Position numbers and translations under genes: made by a program. This document shows positions 46,697-56,378 of a stretch of DNA of 62,365 nt, piece by piece. Source of the stretch: Gammaproteobacteria bacterium (GTDB lineage: Bacteria; Pseudomonadota; Gammaproteobacteria; Arenicellales; Poriferihabitantaceae). The stretch is taken from assembly GCA_030590945.1 (NCBI GenBank), contig JAUVBY010000003.1, forward strand, positions 1-62,365. Direction: 5' to 3'. The first letter of the stretch is position 1, and each line of letters opens with the position of its first letter. A model generated the notes under the pieces. The model worked only from the letters and a program-made list of their open reading frames with translations, was not told the origin of the DNA and did no database searches.

Positions 46697-48445
46697 ATGA
46701 AAAGATCGCAAAAATACCTGATGGCATTTTGTTTTATAGTGTCACTCGCTATTGCCTTAATGTATCTACCAGTTGTAAAAAGTCTTGATCAGTCTTTGCT
46801 TGATAAGCAGTTTAAGTTATTAAATAAACTATACCTTCCGGAATTAGCCAAAGACATAGTCATAATTGGTATTGATGAAAAGACTGAGCGTCTTTACCGT
46901 GAGCCTCTGGCTCTCTGGCACCCGCACCTGGGGCGAGCATTTTCAGCACTGGCATTGTCGAAGCCAAAGGCTGTAGTTGTAGATTTGATTTTGCCGGATA
47001 AGTCGTATGAATTCATGCAGCAGGGAATAGATCGTCAACTCCTGTCGGGCCTGCTGGTTTTGAAAAAAAGCGTGCCGGTTATTGTCGCCCGGACGGTAGA
47101 TAAAAAGGGCATGTATAGGCCACTGTTTGCTCCAATTGCTTCTTTGCTGGGTGAGAAAAATATTGGCCTGGCACTGATTCGTTCCGATACCGATCATGTT
47201 GTACGACAGCTTCTATTGGAAATTCAAACGAGAAGTTCCACCGCTGACACTCTGACGGGTGCACTCGCATCATCATTAGAACTAAACCCTCAACAGGGGC
47301 TTATTAACTATACCTTGAACTCGGGTTTTCAATATATTTCCCTATCTCAGCTTAACGACTGGAGTCGTGCTGGTGATATAGGCTCCCTGAAGCAAGCTTT
47401 TTCGAACAAAGTTGTTTTCATTGGTAGTGTAATGCCCTTTGTCGACCGCCACCGTTCCCCTCTACCTATTGCAGCCTGGGAAGCAGAAAACCTGGTTGTT
47501 CCGGGCGTTCTGCTTCATGCGCAATCTGCCGCTACGATAATGCAGGGTGCAGCCATCATTCCAATGGGCAAATTCTGGATGCTCATATTCGCTTTTATGA
47601 TTACTCTGCCCTGGTGGCTGGGGAGCAGGCATAAGCTGGCTATACTAGTACTTGTGTTATCCACTGTTCTATTACCCGTGGTTTCGACTTTTCTGTTGAG
47701 CGGGGAAATCTGGTTACCAATTGGTGGACTGCTGCTTATATTGTATATAACTGTTCTGTCTCGTCTGGCTATGGCGGGTTTTTTTGCCTGGCATGACAGG
47801 CGACAATTAAATGCATCTTTTTCCCGCTATGTTAGCCCGCAGGTAATGGCTGAAATTATTGAAGGGAAAATTAAGCCTGGTGTAGGCGGGAAAAGATGCA
47901 CGGTTTGTATGCTGTTCTCTGATATACGTGGGTTTACCGCACGCAGCGAAGGTGAGGAACCGGAAGTAACGATTAAGCTGCTTAACCGCTATTTCAATGA
48001 AATGACGGATGTAGTGCATCGCCATGGCGGGACGGTTGATAAGTTTATTGGTGATGGTCTGATGGCTTTTTTCGGCGCTCCAAACCCGCAGCAGGATATG
48101 GCTGAAAATGCATTCAATGCCGCCAGGGAAATGATTGCCCGGCTGAAAGATCTTAACCAGTTGCTTGAGGAGGAGGGTATCGAACCTATCTCTATAGGTA
48201 TTGGTCTTCACCAGGGTGAGGCTATTATCGGGCATGTGGGTTCAGATGCCAGGCATGATTATACTGCAATCGGAGATACGGTTAATCTGGCATCGAGAAT
48301 TGAGGGCTTGAGCAAAATTGTAGACTACCCGGTTATTTGTTCCCTTACCGTTAAGGAGCAGCTGAATGTCAGCCTGGTGCCTCTTGATGAGATGTCCGTA
48401 AAGGGTCATCTGCCGATTCTTGCTTATGGCTGGGCGCCGGAATAA
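46697..48445 (+). CDS. CHASE2-sensor class III adenylate/guanylate cyclase
   Basis: 582 aa. N-terminal TM, ~270-aa periplasmic CHASE2-like region, three TM helices, cyclase domain (MLFSDIRGFTARSE, KFIGDGLMAFFGAP, GDTVNLASRIEG). Confidence 0.88.
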   Translation: MKRSQKYLMAFCFIVSLAIALMYLPVVKSLDQSLLDKQFKLLNKLYLPELAKDIVIIGIDEKTERLYREPLALWHPHLGRAFSALALSKPKAVVVDLILPDKSYEFMQQGIDRQLLSGLLVLKKSVPVIVARTVDKKGMYRPLFAPIASLLGEKNIGLALIRSDTDHVVRQLLLEIQTRSSTADTLTGALASSLELNPQQGLINYTLNSGFQYISLSQLNDWSRAGDIGSLKQAFSNKVVFIGSVMPFVDRHRSPLPIAAWEAENLVVPGVLLHAQSAATIMQGAAIIPMGKFWMLIFAFMITLPWWLGSRHKLAILVLVLSTVLLPVVSTFLLSGEIWLPIGGLLLILYITVLSRLAMAGFFAWHDRRQLNASFSRYVSPQVMAEIIEGKIKPGVGGKRCTVCMLFSDIRGFTARSEGEEPEVTIKLLNRYFNEMTDVVHRHGGTVDKFIGDGLMAFFGAPNPQQDMAENAFNAAREMIARLKDLNQLLEEEGIEPISIGIGLHQGEAIIGHVGSDARHDYTAIGDTVNLASRIEGLSKIVDYPVICSLTVKEQLNVSLVPLDEMSVKGHLPILAYGWAPE

Positions 48446-48474
48446 TTGAGTTTATTCAGATATACTGTGTGCCT

Positions 48475-49347
48475 ATGAAATCGAAATTCATGAATACCGG
48501 GCTGTCATTACTCCTCTTCTCCATGCTGTTTATTGCTCAGGCTCAAACAGCCCGGGCTGAAGCAGTAGCCATGATCACGGACCTGCAGGGTCAGGCGACG
48601 CTGAGCAATGATTTAAGCTCAATGCCTGCAGAAATTCTAAACAGTCTTTATCCGGGGAATAAGCTGAGTTTAGAAAAAAATACAAAGCTTGCTATGGCCT
48701 ACTATTCAACTGGCAGGGAATATGCTTTTACTGGTCCGGCCACTATTGAGCTTGGCGATGAGGAACCAGACTTGCTCAATGGTAAGGCTGCTAGCAGCAG
48801 AGAGCTCAAGCTTATAAAGGAAATTGGTCTCGATTTTGATGATGGTTACCTGAATCAGGCTGCAATAGTAATGCGTGGATTGGTAATTAAAAAAAGGCAA
48901 ATTAAACTACTTAGCCCGGTAAATTCTAAGCTTCTTCACAATCAAACGGACTTTCACTGGCAAAGTTTTGCGGACAATATGCAATACCGGTTCACATTGA
49001 TGGATGGCGAGGGTAGGAACTTGTTTGAAACTCTCATCGTTGGCAATAAATTCAAATTGCCAGATTCTGTTAAGTTGCCACCGGGAATGCTGTACAGGTG
49101 GATGCTTGAGGCACGGCTGGATACTGATGAGGCATATGTTTCATCAGCCGGCTTTGAGCTGGTATCTGATTCAGTTCAACAAGAAGTAAACGGGCTCAGG
49201 CCGGCAAAAGAGGCCTCATTTTCTGAATTGCTAATCTATGCCAGATTTATGCAACAGCAGGGCTTTGCTGTTGAATCAGGAAAGTACTGGGAAATGCTCA
49301 GCAAGCAACGACCTGATTCAGCAGAATTACAGAAGCTGTCAAAATAG
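48475..49347 (+). CDS. secreted protein of unknown function (possible FecR-like beta-sandwich N-domain, TPR-like C-terminus)
   Basis: Signal peptide MKSKFMNTGLSLLLFSMLFIAQAQTARA/EA. The segment ITDLQGQATLSNDLSSMPAEILNSLYPGNKLSLEKNTKLAMAYYSTGREYAFTGPATIELG resembles FecR-domain sensors. 30 nt downstream of the cyclase. Confidence 0.5.
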   Translation: MKSKFMNTGLSLLLFSMLFIAQAQTARAEAVAMITDLQGQATLSNDLSSMPAEILNSLYPGNKLSLEKNTKLAMAYYSTGREYAFTGPATIELGDEEPDLLNGKAASSRELKLIKEIGLDFDDGYLNQAAIVMRGLVIKKRQIKLLSPVNSKLLHNQTDFHWQSFADNMQYRFTLMDGEGRNLFETLIVGNKFKLPDSVKLPPGMLYRWMLEARLDTDEAYVSSAGFELVSDSVQQEVNGLRPAKEASFSELLIYARFMQQQGFAVESGKYWEMLSKQRPDSAELQKLSK

Positions 49348-49477
49348 AGAACTGCTATTTATTTACCTGCTTGTCACCAATTAAAGTAAAGGGCCCCCAT
49401 AATGTTGGCTAAGCATAGCAATACAGCATTTTTTCACTGTTTAGATCTTTGTTACACTCTCACCAACCAGTTGTATC

Positions 49478-49927
49478 ATGCTTAGTCTGAGCGCTTCAGC
49501 CCGGTTTTCAGTGCTTGTTGATGCTTTAAACATACCAGTAGTCAGCAATCGTGCCGAATTTGTTTCAACTGCCCTGACAGGGGTTGGGTTTGTCCTGTTC
49601 GCCGGTTTATTATTTTCTAGTTCAGGCGCTTTTGCTGATACGGAAAAACTCCTGTGGTATCGTTGTCTTGCAAAAGCAAGCAGTCATTCTGCAAGCTATA
49701 CGTTTAAAATCAATACCAGGCCCTGCGAAATTTATTGGCGCGAAATTGATACTGCCCTGACAATCAGCGAATGTAATCCGCCGGTTTTGTCGGGCTTCAA
49801 ACCCTCTGCTCGAGACCAATACAGCATCGTCTGGTTTAATCTCGAAACAGGTGCGTTTTACGATTATTTGTCAGGCGTTAAAGACAGGGGTTGGTGTACA
49901 GCTTCGGAACAAGAGCCCAAACCTTAA
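49478..49927 (+). CDS. hypothetical small secreted Cys-containing protein
   Basis: 149-aa ORF. Internal hydrophobic signal-like stretch (GVGFVLFAGLLFSSSGAFA/DT) followed by ~95 residues with four Cys. Start uncertain, no family recognised. Confidence 0.35.
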   Translation: MLSLSASARFSVLVDALNIPVVSNRAEFVSTALTGVGFVLFAGLLFSSSGAFADTEKLLWYRCLAKASSHSASYTFKINTRPCEIYWREIDTALTISECNPPVLSGFKPSARDQYSIVWFNLETGAFYDYLSGVKDRGWCTASEQEPKP

Positions 49928-50330
49928 GGGCGTTCCTAAAGTCAATTGCTGCTCGCAACATGCAACAACGAAAGCTAAGCCATGCCGATCAAGCTGCTTC
50001 AGTGTGGCGCCATAAAGCTATTTAGACTGGACCTATACAATTCTAGTACTGAAAGGCTACCCTGTATCCAGTGTAGTAAGTCTCTGAATATCCTAAAAGG
50101 GATAAGGATCTTTGACGTGACAGCCCAAGATCCTTGACATTTCAAGTGTTAGAGGGTGAAATGCGTGTAATGATTATGGCTATAGTATATTTAGTACCGC
50201 TATATTTATTATTAAAGTGAGCCGTAGTTGTTCTATAAAGGCTTAATTAACTGCCTCATACGAATAGGCAGAAAATCAAAGTTTCGATATTTTTATTCGA
50301 AAAACTAAACATCAAATGGTAGGAGAAAGC

Positions 50331-51500
50331 ATGAAAAAAAGTATACCCTCAAATTTAACCCCAGATACTGCATCGGCTGGTAACTCAATCGATCGTCGTA
50401 CCATACTTAAAGCAGGTGCTGCTGTTGGTGGCGTGTTGGCTGCCCCCGCATTCGTACGGAACGCCTTTGCTTCATCAGGTGAGCTCGACATTCTAATGTG
50501 GTCTGATTATCTTCCCGCGACCTTCGTTGAAGGTTTTAAAGCAGATACAGGCATTCAGATCAACTTCACCGGCATTGGTTCTAACGAAGAAATCATCAAC
50601 AAGATGAAAGCCAATAAAGGTCAGGGCTTTGATCTGGTCTCGCCGACTAACAATCAGGGTCTGGAATGGGGCCCCCTGGAATTATTACAGCCATTTGATA
50701 TGAGCCGTGTTGATATCGATAAGGTTAACCCCGCGATGGCTGCAATTGGTGATAAAGACTGGACGTTTAATGGTAAAGGTGTGCACTGGGTTCCTCATAT
50801 CTGGGGCACAGAAGGCGTTGCCTGGCGTACTGATAAATATGTTCCTGAAGGCGGCGTGCCCTCTTATGGCGCCATATGGGATGAAGCAAATGCAGGACAT
50901 ACGATGGGCCGTCCACACTCTATGATGTTAACTGCGGGCCTTTATATGGAAAGCATCGGCGAACTGGATGAAGGCTCTATGTGGAAAGCTTATGAGTCTG
51001 AAGACGCTATGCGCCCAATCTGGCAGAAAGTTACCGACTGGACGATAGCGCGTAAACATATCGTCAAATTGCTCTGGAATGACGCAGATAGTCAGAAAAA
51101 CGGCTTGCTTAAAGAAGGCATTACCGTTGGTCAGGCGTGGGATGGCCCACCGCTTTCGCTTAAAACAGCAGGTGAGCCGGTTTCATACCAGGCCCCTAAA
51201 GAAGGTGCTATGGCGTGGGTTGACGGCATTGCGATACCTGTCGGCGCGAAAAACATCGATGAAATCTATGAGTTTCTTAAGTATGCTTATCAAGCAGAGC
51301 CAGCGGGTGTTGCCATTAATGATCATGGCTACAACTCTCCTGTACTGGGCGCGGACCAGCATGCCAACGATAACTACAAGAAAAACTTTGCTGAAGCTTA
51401 TCCGGGTGATGCACTGGCGAACCTTAACCCCTGGCCGCCACAAGCGCCATGGTACGCAAAAATTCGCACCGAGTATGTGAATAAGTTCAAGAGTTCTTGA
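50331..51500 (+). CDS. ABC transporter substrate-binding protein, PotD/PotF (polyamine/omega-amine) family, Tat-type signal
   Basis: AGGAG SD 5 nt before ATG 50331 (track ATG 50316 is less likely). Twin-arginine motif SIDRRTILKAGAAVGG...NAFA. PotF-like body (LDILMWSDYLP..., GFDLVSPTN...). Confidence 0.85.
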   Translation: MKKSIPSNLTPDTASAGNSIDRRTILKAGAAVGGVLAAPAFVRNAFASSGELDILMWSDYLPATFVEGFKADTGIQINFTGIGSNEEIINKMKANKGQGFDLVSPTNNQGLEWGPLELLQPFDMSRVDIDKVNPAMAAIGDKDWTFNGKGVHWVPHIWGTEGVAWRTDKYVPEGGVPSYGAIWDEANAGHTMGRPHSMMLTAGLYMESIGELDEGSMWKAYESEDAMRPIWQKVTDWTIARKHIVKLLWNDADSQKNGLLKEGITVGQAWDGPPLSLKTAGEPVSYQAPKEGAMAWVDGIAIPVGAKNIDEIYEFLKYAYQAEPAGVAINDHGYNSPVLGADQHANDNYKKNFAEAYPGDALANLNPWPPQAPWYAKIRTEYVNKFKSS

Positions 51501-51529
51501 TTTATCGTTTGTTTTAATTTGCGTAAACC

Positions 51530-51556
51530 CCCTCAGGTGCACCGTGCACCTGAGGG
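51530..51556 (+). terminator. possible intrinsic terminator/attenuating hairpin after the binding-protein gene
   Basis: CCCTCAGGTGCA-ccg-TGCACCTGAGGG, a 12-bp perfect stem 30 nt after the stop. It is followed by TTAAATAAAT, which is only a weak U-tract. Confidence 0.4.
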
Positions 51557-51775
51557 TTAAATAAATAGTCCTTCGCACCAGAGGTATAACGAACCAAATA
51601 GCTGATTTTCCATGTCGACTCAAAAGGCTCTAGCGGTAGTTTTTCTATAACTTCTGTGGGCCTTATGATAAACATGGAATTTCACGCTCATTTTTCCGTC
51701 GTCTCACTGTACGGTGCAAAGGCCTTATTAAAAATTAAAGGCCTGTTCTAAACTTGGCCAAAAGAGGAAAGTTCT

Positions 51776-52888
51776 ATGAGTTCAGGTGTAGACGTTGATC
51801 TAAAAAACCTTTGGATAAAGTTCGGCGATTTCGTCGCTGTTCGAGATGCCAATGTGCATATTAATGGCGGGGATTTTTTCTCCTTTCTGGGTGGTTCCGG
51901 TTGTGGTAAAACAACGATCTTAAGAGCTGTTTCGGGTTTTCTGGATCCGGCGGAAGGCGAGATATTAATCGGCGGTAATAATATGGTCGGCAAGGGGCCC
52001 AACGAGCGTCCCACGGCATTGATCTTCCAAAATCTGGCTTTGTTCCCGCTGATGACCGTATGGGAAAACATCACTTTTTCTCTGGAAGTAGCAGGGGCTA
52101 CACTAGGCGAAAGACGCAAACGAGCCGACGAATTGCTAGACATGATTGCCCTGCCTGATCAGGGTAACAAACTTCCTTCTCAATTGTCAGGAGGTCAAAA
52201 ACAACGAGTAGCCATTGCTCGCGCACTCTGTGCAGAACCGGATGTATTGTTGCTAGACGAGCCATTATCTGCGCTCGACTTAAAATTGCGTCATCATATG
52301 CGCGCAGAGTTACGTGAAATTCAACAACGCGTAGGTATCACCTTTATTTATATTACGCATGACCAGGGTGAGGCATTAACCATGTCTGACAACATTGCTG
52401 TCATGCGTACCGCTGTCATCGATCAAATCGCTGACGGCAAGAGTATTTACGATGATCCATCCACGTCTTTTGTTGCATCATTTGTCGGGACCAACAATTT
52501 ATTTCGTGGCAAGGTGACTGATATTTCAGAAGGTATTGCGACCATTGATACCAATCGTTCAGGAACCTTAAGAGCACGCGTTTCGACAGGAGCGACCGGC
52601 AAGCTCGGCGTAGGTGATGATGCCATGATGTTTATTCGCCCGGAAGCGTTTAGCATTGTTGATCAAAAAACTGAAACCGGCACCCAGATTGCGGCAAACG
52701 TTCAGCGCTCGGAATTTGAAGGTACCAGCTATAATGTTTACACAGAGGGAAATGGCGGTAAAGAAATTTCGGTTTCAGTTACCAATCGCGGCGATGCCCA
52801 CATGTATGACTCCGGTGCAGCATTGAACCTTGAATTCGACCCTCAGCGCGCCGTCGTGGTGCCTGCGGGCGAGTTGGCGAGCGAGTAA
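51776..52888 (+). CDS. ABC transporter ATP-binding protein (PotA/PotG-like)
   Basis: 370 aa. Walker A GGSGCGKTT, signature LSGGQKQRVAIARAL, Walker B LLLDEPLSALD, C-terminal TOBE-like domain. Confidence 0.9.
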   Translation: MSSGVDVDLKNLWIKFGDFVAVRDANVHINGGDFFSFLGGSGCGKTTILRAVSGFLDPAEGEILIGGNNMVGKGPNERPTALIFQNLALFPLMTVWENITFSLEVAGATLGERRKRADELLDMIALPDQGNKLPSQLSGGQKQRVAIARALCAEPDVLLLDEPLSALDLKLRHHMRAELREIQQRVGITFIYITHDQGEALTMSDNIAVMRTAVIDQIADGKSIYDDPSTSFVASFVGTNNLFRGKVTDISEGIATIDTNRSGTLRARVSTGATGKLGVGDDAMMFIRPEAFSIVDQKTETGTQIAANVQRSEFEGTSYNVYTEGNGGKEISVSVTNRGDAHMYDSGAALNLEFDPQRAVVVPAGELASE

Positions 52889-52893
52889 GCGCC

Positions 52894-53811
52894 ATGATCT
52901 TAAAAGAATATTTTAAAACCAACGGCCTTATGATGGGCTGGATACTGCTTGGGCTGACCTTTTTCTGGATCGTGATGTTAATCGTCCTGCCTCAACTTTA
53001 TATGTTTGAGTTATCCTTTCACCCCCATCTTCCGCCGCCTGAAATGGGCGGGCCGAATGATTATTTAACCCTGGAAAACTATAAGTACCTTGCCTTCGGC
53101 GCAGAGGGTAATCCGGATGGTTATAACAAGGTGGATTTGGCCGTGTTCATCAGAACATTAACGGCTGCGGCATTCGTCACTGTGGTCGATTTGTTACTTT
53201 GTTATCCGATAGCATATTATCTGGGGCAGTCTACGGGAGGCGGCTTCGTTCGCTTGCTGGTGTTGTTACTCATCATCCCTTACTGGATCAACGAGATTTT
53301 ACGCGCTTTCGCGTTTAAGATTATTTTCGGGGATAGCGGTGTGTTGAACGAATTCCTGATGTTCTTTGCCGTAATAGACGGGCCGATCGACTTCATTCGG
53401 GCCAATGTGGCGCTGTATGCCGGATTAGGATACGCCTACATCCTGCTGATGATATTCCCTATGTACAATGTTATCGAAAGCCTGGATCGTAATCAGATTG
53501 AAGCGGCACGCGATATGGGTGCACCCTGGTGGATGATCCATAAACGAATCGTAATCCCCTATGCGAAGCCGGGCATTTCATCGGGTTGTACCATGGTATT
53601 TATGTTATCTGCGGGCGCCCTGGCAGCACCGCAAATTTTGGGCGGCCCATCAAGCTTATGGTTTACTCAGCTGGTATATCAATGGTTTAACACGGGCGGA
53701 AACTGGCCACAGGCGGCGGCTTACGCCATTGTGTTGCTGGTGGCGTGTTTAATCATCGTGCTCAGCGTGATGAAACTTTTCAAAGTTAACATGGGGGATA
53801 TCGGCAAATGA
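52894..53811 (+). CDS. ABC transporter permease (PotB/PotH-like)
   Basis: 305 aa, six TM helices, EAA loop (NQIEAARDMGAPWWMIHKRIVIPYAKPG). Confidence 0.88.
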   Translation: MILKEYFKTNGLMMGWILLGLTFFWIVMLIVLPQLYMFELSFHPHLPPPEMGGPNDYLTLENYKYLAFGAEGNPDGYNKVDLAVFIRTLTAAAFVTVVDLLLCYPIAYYLGQSTGGGFVRLLVLLLIIPYWINEILRAFAFKIIFGDSGVLNEFLMFFAVIDGPIDFIRANVALYAGLGYAYILLMIFPMYNVIESLDRNQIEAARDMGAPWWMIHKRIVIPYAKPGISSGCTMVFMLSAGALAAPQILGGPSSLWFTQLVYQWFNTGGNWPQAAAYAIVLLVACLIIVLSVMKLFKVNMGDIGK

Positions 53812-55109
53812 AATCAGAATCTCTCCTTATACGCATAGGGCTGGCGCTCTATTTGATCATGTTCTTTACTTATCTGATCGGTCCGCTGATCTTGATGAGT
53901 ATTACGGCATTTAACTCAGCCGCATTTCCTCAAATTACGCCCTGGGAAGTGCTATCGTTTGAATGGTTTCCAAAACTGTTCAACGATGACCGAATTATTA
54001 ATGGCTTGAAATATTCATTAATCGTAGGTTTCTTCACGGTTATTTTATCGGTATCTATGGGCCTGGCGGGTGCACTGATTTTGACCCAGATCTGGCCGAA
54101 AATGCGTGCAACCTATTATACGATTATCATCGCGCCAATTTTGGTTCCGGGTGTCGTCATTGGTATTTCTACCCTGGTATTCTGGGCGCGTATTAATACC
54201 ATGCTGGGTTTAGAGCCAGATAGTTTCCTGGCCAATGGAATTTTCTTAACCGTGCTGGGGCAGTCTACATTTATAGCATCGTACTGCATGCTGGTTTTTG
54301 TTGCCCGCATGCAGCGTTACGACACCGGCCTGACCGAGGCTGCGCTTGATTTAGGTGCATCTCATGTCAAAGCGTTCAGAAGAATTCAACTGCCATTTTT
54401 AATGCCTGCAATGGCCTCCTCGGCGGTCTTGGCATTCCTGGCTTCATTTGAAAACTATAATACGACTATATTCACGCACCAGAAATTTGCCACCTTAACC
54501 ATCGTGTTATCGCAAAAAGTACGCTACGGAATAGACCCGTCTATTTCGGCATTGGCGTTTATTATTGTCTGTTTAACCGTGTTTTTTGCATTGCTGAACG
54601 AAGTGCTAAATCGCCGTAAACAACTGGCTGTTGCAAATGGTGCGCCTGTCGAGGCGGTGACTAAAGGATTTAAATTGCCCAGATTTTTCTCAGGCAATCC
54701 AGCAGCGATTATGTTTGCTGTTTTCGTGGTCGGCGCGATTGCTGTTATTACTTTTGCGCAGGTGTATGACCCGGAGCCGGCTAAGCAAGTGTTCAAAGAG
54801 GACAAACGCGCTAAGCAAAAAATAGCGATTGAAGTCATGCAGCAAAAAGCGCTCGATCAGCAGCGCGAAAAGCAGATGAAAGGGCCGAAGATTTTTGAAT
54901 CAACGGACAAGAAAAAATCTGGAGAGAACCCGGGTCAGGAAACTTTTGGCAGCGTGTTCAAGACAGATAACCTGGAAGAGGCTGCTGGTACCACAAATAA
55001 GACTGAAGCTGTAGGAAAGAATCCTGGCAAAAGTGCTTTTGGCTCTATATGGAAATCCGGTAATCTGGATGAAATCGCACCTAAAGATGAAAAAGGCGAG
55101 AGCAACTAG
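53808..55109 (+). CDS. ABC transporter permease (PotC/PotI-like) with a ~160-aa C-terminal extension
   Basis: 433 aa. Core permease with EAA loop (TGLTEAALDLGASHVKAFRRIQLPFLMP) ends near residue 270. It is followed by one extra TM helix and a K/E/Q-rich tail carrying a duplicated NPG..FGS..K..NL.E motif. Confidence 0.85.
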   Translation: MKSESLLIRIGLALYLIMFFTYLIGPLILMSITAFNSAAFPQITPWEVLSFEWFPKLFNDDRIINGLKYSLIVGFFTVILSVSMGLAGALILTQIWPKMRATYYTIIIAPILVPGVVIGISTLVFWARINTMLGLEPDSFLANGIFLTVLGQSTFIASYCMLVFVARMQRYDTGLTEAALDLGASHVKAFRRIQLPFLMPAMASSAVLAFLASFENYNTTIFTHQKFATLTIVLSQKVRYGIDPSISALAFIIVCLTVFFALLNEVLNRRKQLAVANGAPVEAVTKGFKLPRFFSGNPAAIMFAVFVVGAIAVITFAQVYDPEPAKQVFKEDKRAKQKIAIEVMQQKALDQQREKQMKGPKIFESTDKKKSGENPGQETFGSVFKTDNLEEAAGTTNKTEAVGKNPGKSAFGSIWKSGNLDEIAPKDEKGESN

Positions 55110-55152
55110 GTAATCAGAGTTTTGATTCCTTAAGGAGAGCTGGTTTGCTTAG

Positions 55153-55165
55153 GTAAGCTGGCTCT
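55153..55165. promoter_or_regulatory. second copy of 13-mer GTAAGCTGGCTCT, upstream of the MetE-like gene
   Basis: Identical to 45082-45094. Preceded by AGCTGG 18 nt upstream. A related AGCTGGC lies at 56276-56282, upstream of mmsA. Confidence 0.3.
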
Positions 55166-55205
55166 TTTTTATAATTATTGTACTTAATATTTAAGGCCTT
55201 ACTTA

Positions 55206-56267
55206 ATGTCTATAATAACGACCTGTATTGGAGCGTATCCAAAACCTGACTATTTGGCATTGCCGGACTGGTTTAACAATCCGGATGGCGTGGATACCGA
55301 GAATCCGACGGAACTTTGGCAAAAAGCGTTCGATGCCTTGCCAAATGCAGAGGAGACGCTGGATCGCGCGGTCAAAGACGTCGTTAGCCAGCAAATCCTG
55401 GCCGGGATTGATATTCCAACCGATGGTGAGGTGCCGCGTGAAAATTACATTCACTACCAGTGCCGTCACATAGAAGGCATCGATTTTTCCAGGCTGACTC
55501 AAAAAGTACTGCGCGATGGTGCTTACAAAGCCAACTTGCCCACCATCGTTCAAGCGGTTAAAGCGCGCGAACCATTTTTATATAAAGACTGGCAACGTGC
55601 GCAAGGCCATGCCGGCACTCTAGGCGATAAACCGGTAAAAATCACCATTCCCGGCCCGATGACCATAGGCGATACCACGGTAGATGATTTTTATGATTCG
55701 CCGGATAAAAGGGGTGCTGCGCTGGCTGATGCCATTAATGTCGATGTGCTCGCGCTGGCAGAAGCGGGCTGCCAACATGTTCAAATAGACGAGCCTGTCT
55801 TTGCTCGTTATCCGGATGAAGCACTGGCGTTTGGCTTTGAGAACCTGGAACGTGCTTTTAACGGCTGTCCTGATTCGGTCACACGTACCGTACACATGTG
55901 CTGTGGTTATCCCGGTTCGCTTGATGACCCGGACTACCCAAAGGCAAATCACGATGTTTATTTTGCTTTAGCGGATGCTATAGAAGCATCGAGTATTAAC
56001 GCAATTTCTTTAGAGGATGCACATCGATACAACGATTTGACCTTACTGGAGCGGTTCCGGAATACCACGGTTATTTTTGGCGCGGTGGCCATCGCAGAAT
56101 CACGTCTTGAAACGGTCGAGGAAATTCGTGACCGATTGCTGGCCGCCCTGGAGCACATAGATGCCGGGCGACTCATTGCTGCACCCGATTGCGGCCTTGG
56201 GTTTTTGGGTTGGGATCTGGCATTTGCAAAACTGACAAATCTTTGTCAGGCTGCGCGCCTGGTGTGA
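55206..56267 (+). CDS. cobalamin-independent methionine synthase-like (MetE C-terminal domain, Meth_synt_2) zinc methyltransferase
   Basis: 353 aa. Start MSIITTCIGAYPKPDY. Zn-ligand pattern H-x-C (VHMCCGYP), E (ISLEDAH), C (APDCGLGF), as in the MetE catalytic domain. Confidence 0.8.
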   Translation: MSIITTCIGAYPKPDYLALPDWFNNPDGVDTENPTELWQKAFDALPNAEETLDRAVKDVVSQQILAGIDIPTDGEVPRENYIHYQCRHIEGIDFSRLTQKVLRDGAYKANLPTIVQAVKAREPFLYKDWQRAQGHAGTLGDKPVKITIPGPMTIGDTTVDDFYDSPDKRGAALADAINVDVLALAEAGCQHVQIDEPVFARYPDEALAFGFENLERAFNGCPDSVTRTVHMCCGYPGSLDDPDYPKANHDVYFALADAIEASSINAISLEDAHRYNDLTLLERFRNTTVIFGAVAIAESRLETVEEIRDRLLAALEHIDAGRLIAAPDCGLGFLGWDLAFAKLTNLCQAARLV

Positions 56268-56378
56268 GGTATGGCAGCTGGCCTATAGAAATAGAATAGC
56301 CTGGTGCTATGGGCTTTACACTATTGTTGGTATGTTCCCGTCATTAGAAATTTAGAATCGAAATTAGAAGGTTAGATT

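Noticed and set aside
55121-55172. Apparent terminator after the PotC-like gene (T-run at 55165-55170)
   Set aside because: The preceding sequence contains a direct repeat (AGCTGG...AGCTGG) rather than a stable GC-rich inverted repeat. I could not draw a convincing stem, so I treat it as a candidate operator instead.
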